Made by a program: the position numbers and the translations under genes
In this document: positions 63,255 to 64,000 of the stretch, piece by piece
Layout of the letters: every line of letters begins with the position of its first letter
How positions within the stretch are numbered: the stretch's first letter is position 1
From: Vicugna vicugna
Lineage: Eukaryota
Assembly (NCBI GenBank): GCA_013265495.1
Contig: MU058257.1
Location: 982,020-1,046,019 of the forward strand
Direction of reading: 5' to 3'
Length of the DNA: 64,000 nucleotides
Notes under the pieces: generated by a model
What the model saw: only the letters and a program-made list of their open reading frames with translations
What the model was told of the DNA's origin: nothing
The model's database searches: none

Positions 63255-64000
63255 CTGGAAGGAGTGGGAACCAGTTTCCAGGATGCGATGCCTGCGGTTT
63301 CCAGAACTTTTACGTTTCCCAGCCCTGAGCTCTCTAATAAACCCCTGGGGCTCAGAGAAATACATACATTTTTGAAGAAGAATACATATTTCTTTTCTCT
63401 GAGCAACTCATCTTCTCATGGCAAAGGCCACAGAATAGCATCCTTTCACCTGCTTCTAATTTGGTGGAAAGGCCAAAATAATATGCCTGCGTATTTACTT
63501 CTAAAATCGCGCTGTAAGAATCCTTTGAGATGAAAGAGAGTCCGTGAGTTACTGTCTGTCATTGGCATCCCATGATTAAAGGTAGGGCACCTATGCAACC
63601 TGGACAGACCACATCAAAGCCTTCATTAGGCCGGCAGGTGCAGTGCCTCGCTTCTGCCTACAGTGATGCTCTCAAGTTAATAAGCTTTCATTTGATGAAA
63701 GTCCAGACCCCTGACCAAACAGCGCTGTGGAAACAGCGATGCCGTTTCTCCCTGCCTCCTCCTCCGGGTGGTCTTCTGTCCTGTGTGAAGCTGTGAGCAA
63801 ATACTGGACCACAACACTGCCTTGTGGCTGTGGTCCGTACCGTGTTAACGGCCAACATCGGTGACTCTGTGCTCAGCGCTGTGCTCTGTCCTCCAGGCAC
63901 GTGATCTCATTGAATCTTCACATGAGACCGTGAGACGGGTTTACAGGCAGGGAGCCTAACATCGCACTGCAAGGGAGCAGCGCAGCCAGGGCCCCCAGGC

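Overview
Mammalian genomic DNA, most likely from a camelid, judged by a tRNA-derived SINE resembling the camelid Vic type. The main signal is not in the ORF track. The minus strand carries about 25 exon-like segments from ~63.3 kb to ~0.44 kb, most with plausible splice sites, whose translations repeatedly resemble PLAT/LH2 (lipoxygenase-homology) domain motifs. This suggests an intron-containing multi-PLAT gene with a LOXHD1- or long-RP1-like architecture. Several upstream exons carry stop codons, frameshifts or damaged splice sites. The last six exons (10738 to 443) splice in phase into one open 298-aa frame. I cannot assign a gene symbol, and the PLAT call is by-eye motif recognition that needs HMM confirmation. 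The introns contain L1 3' ends (one twin-primed, one young with a perfect TSD, one nested in an LTR), several solo LTRs, old DNA transposons, MIR/L2 remnants and microsatellites. Repeat family names come from memory of consensus sequences, not from a search. I found no RNA genes or CRISPR arrays.
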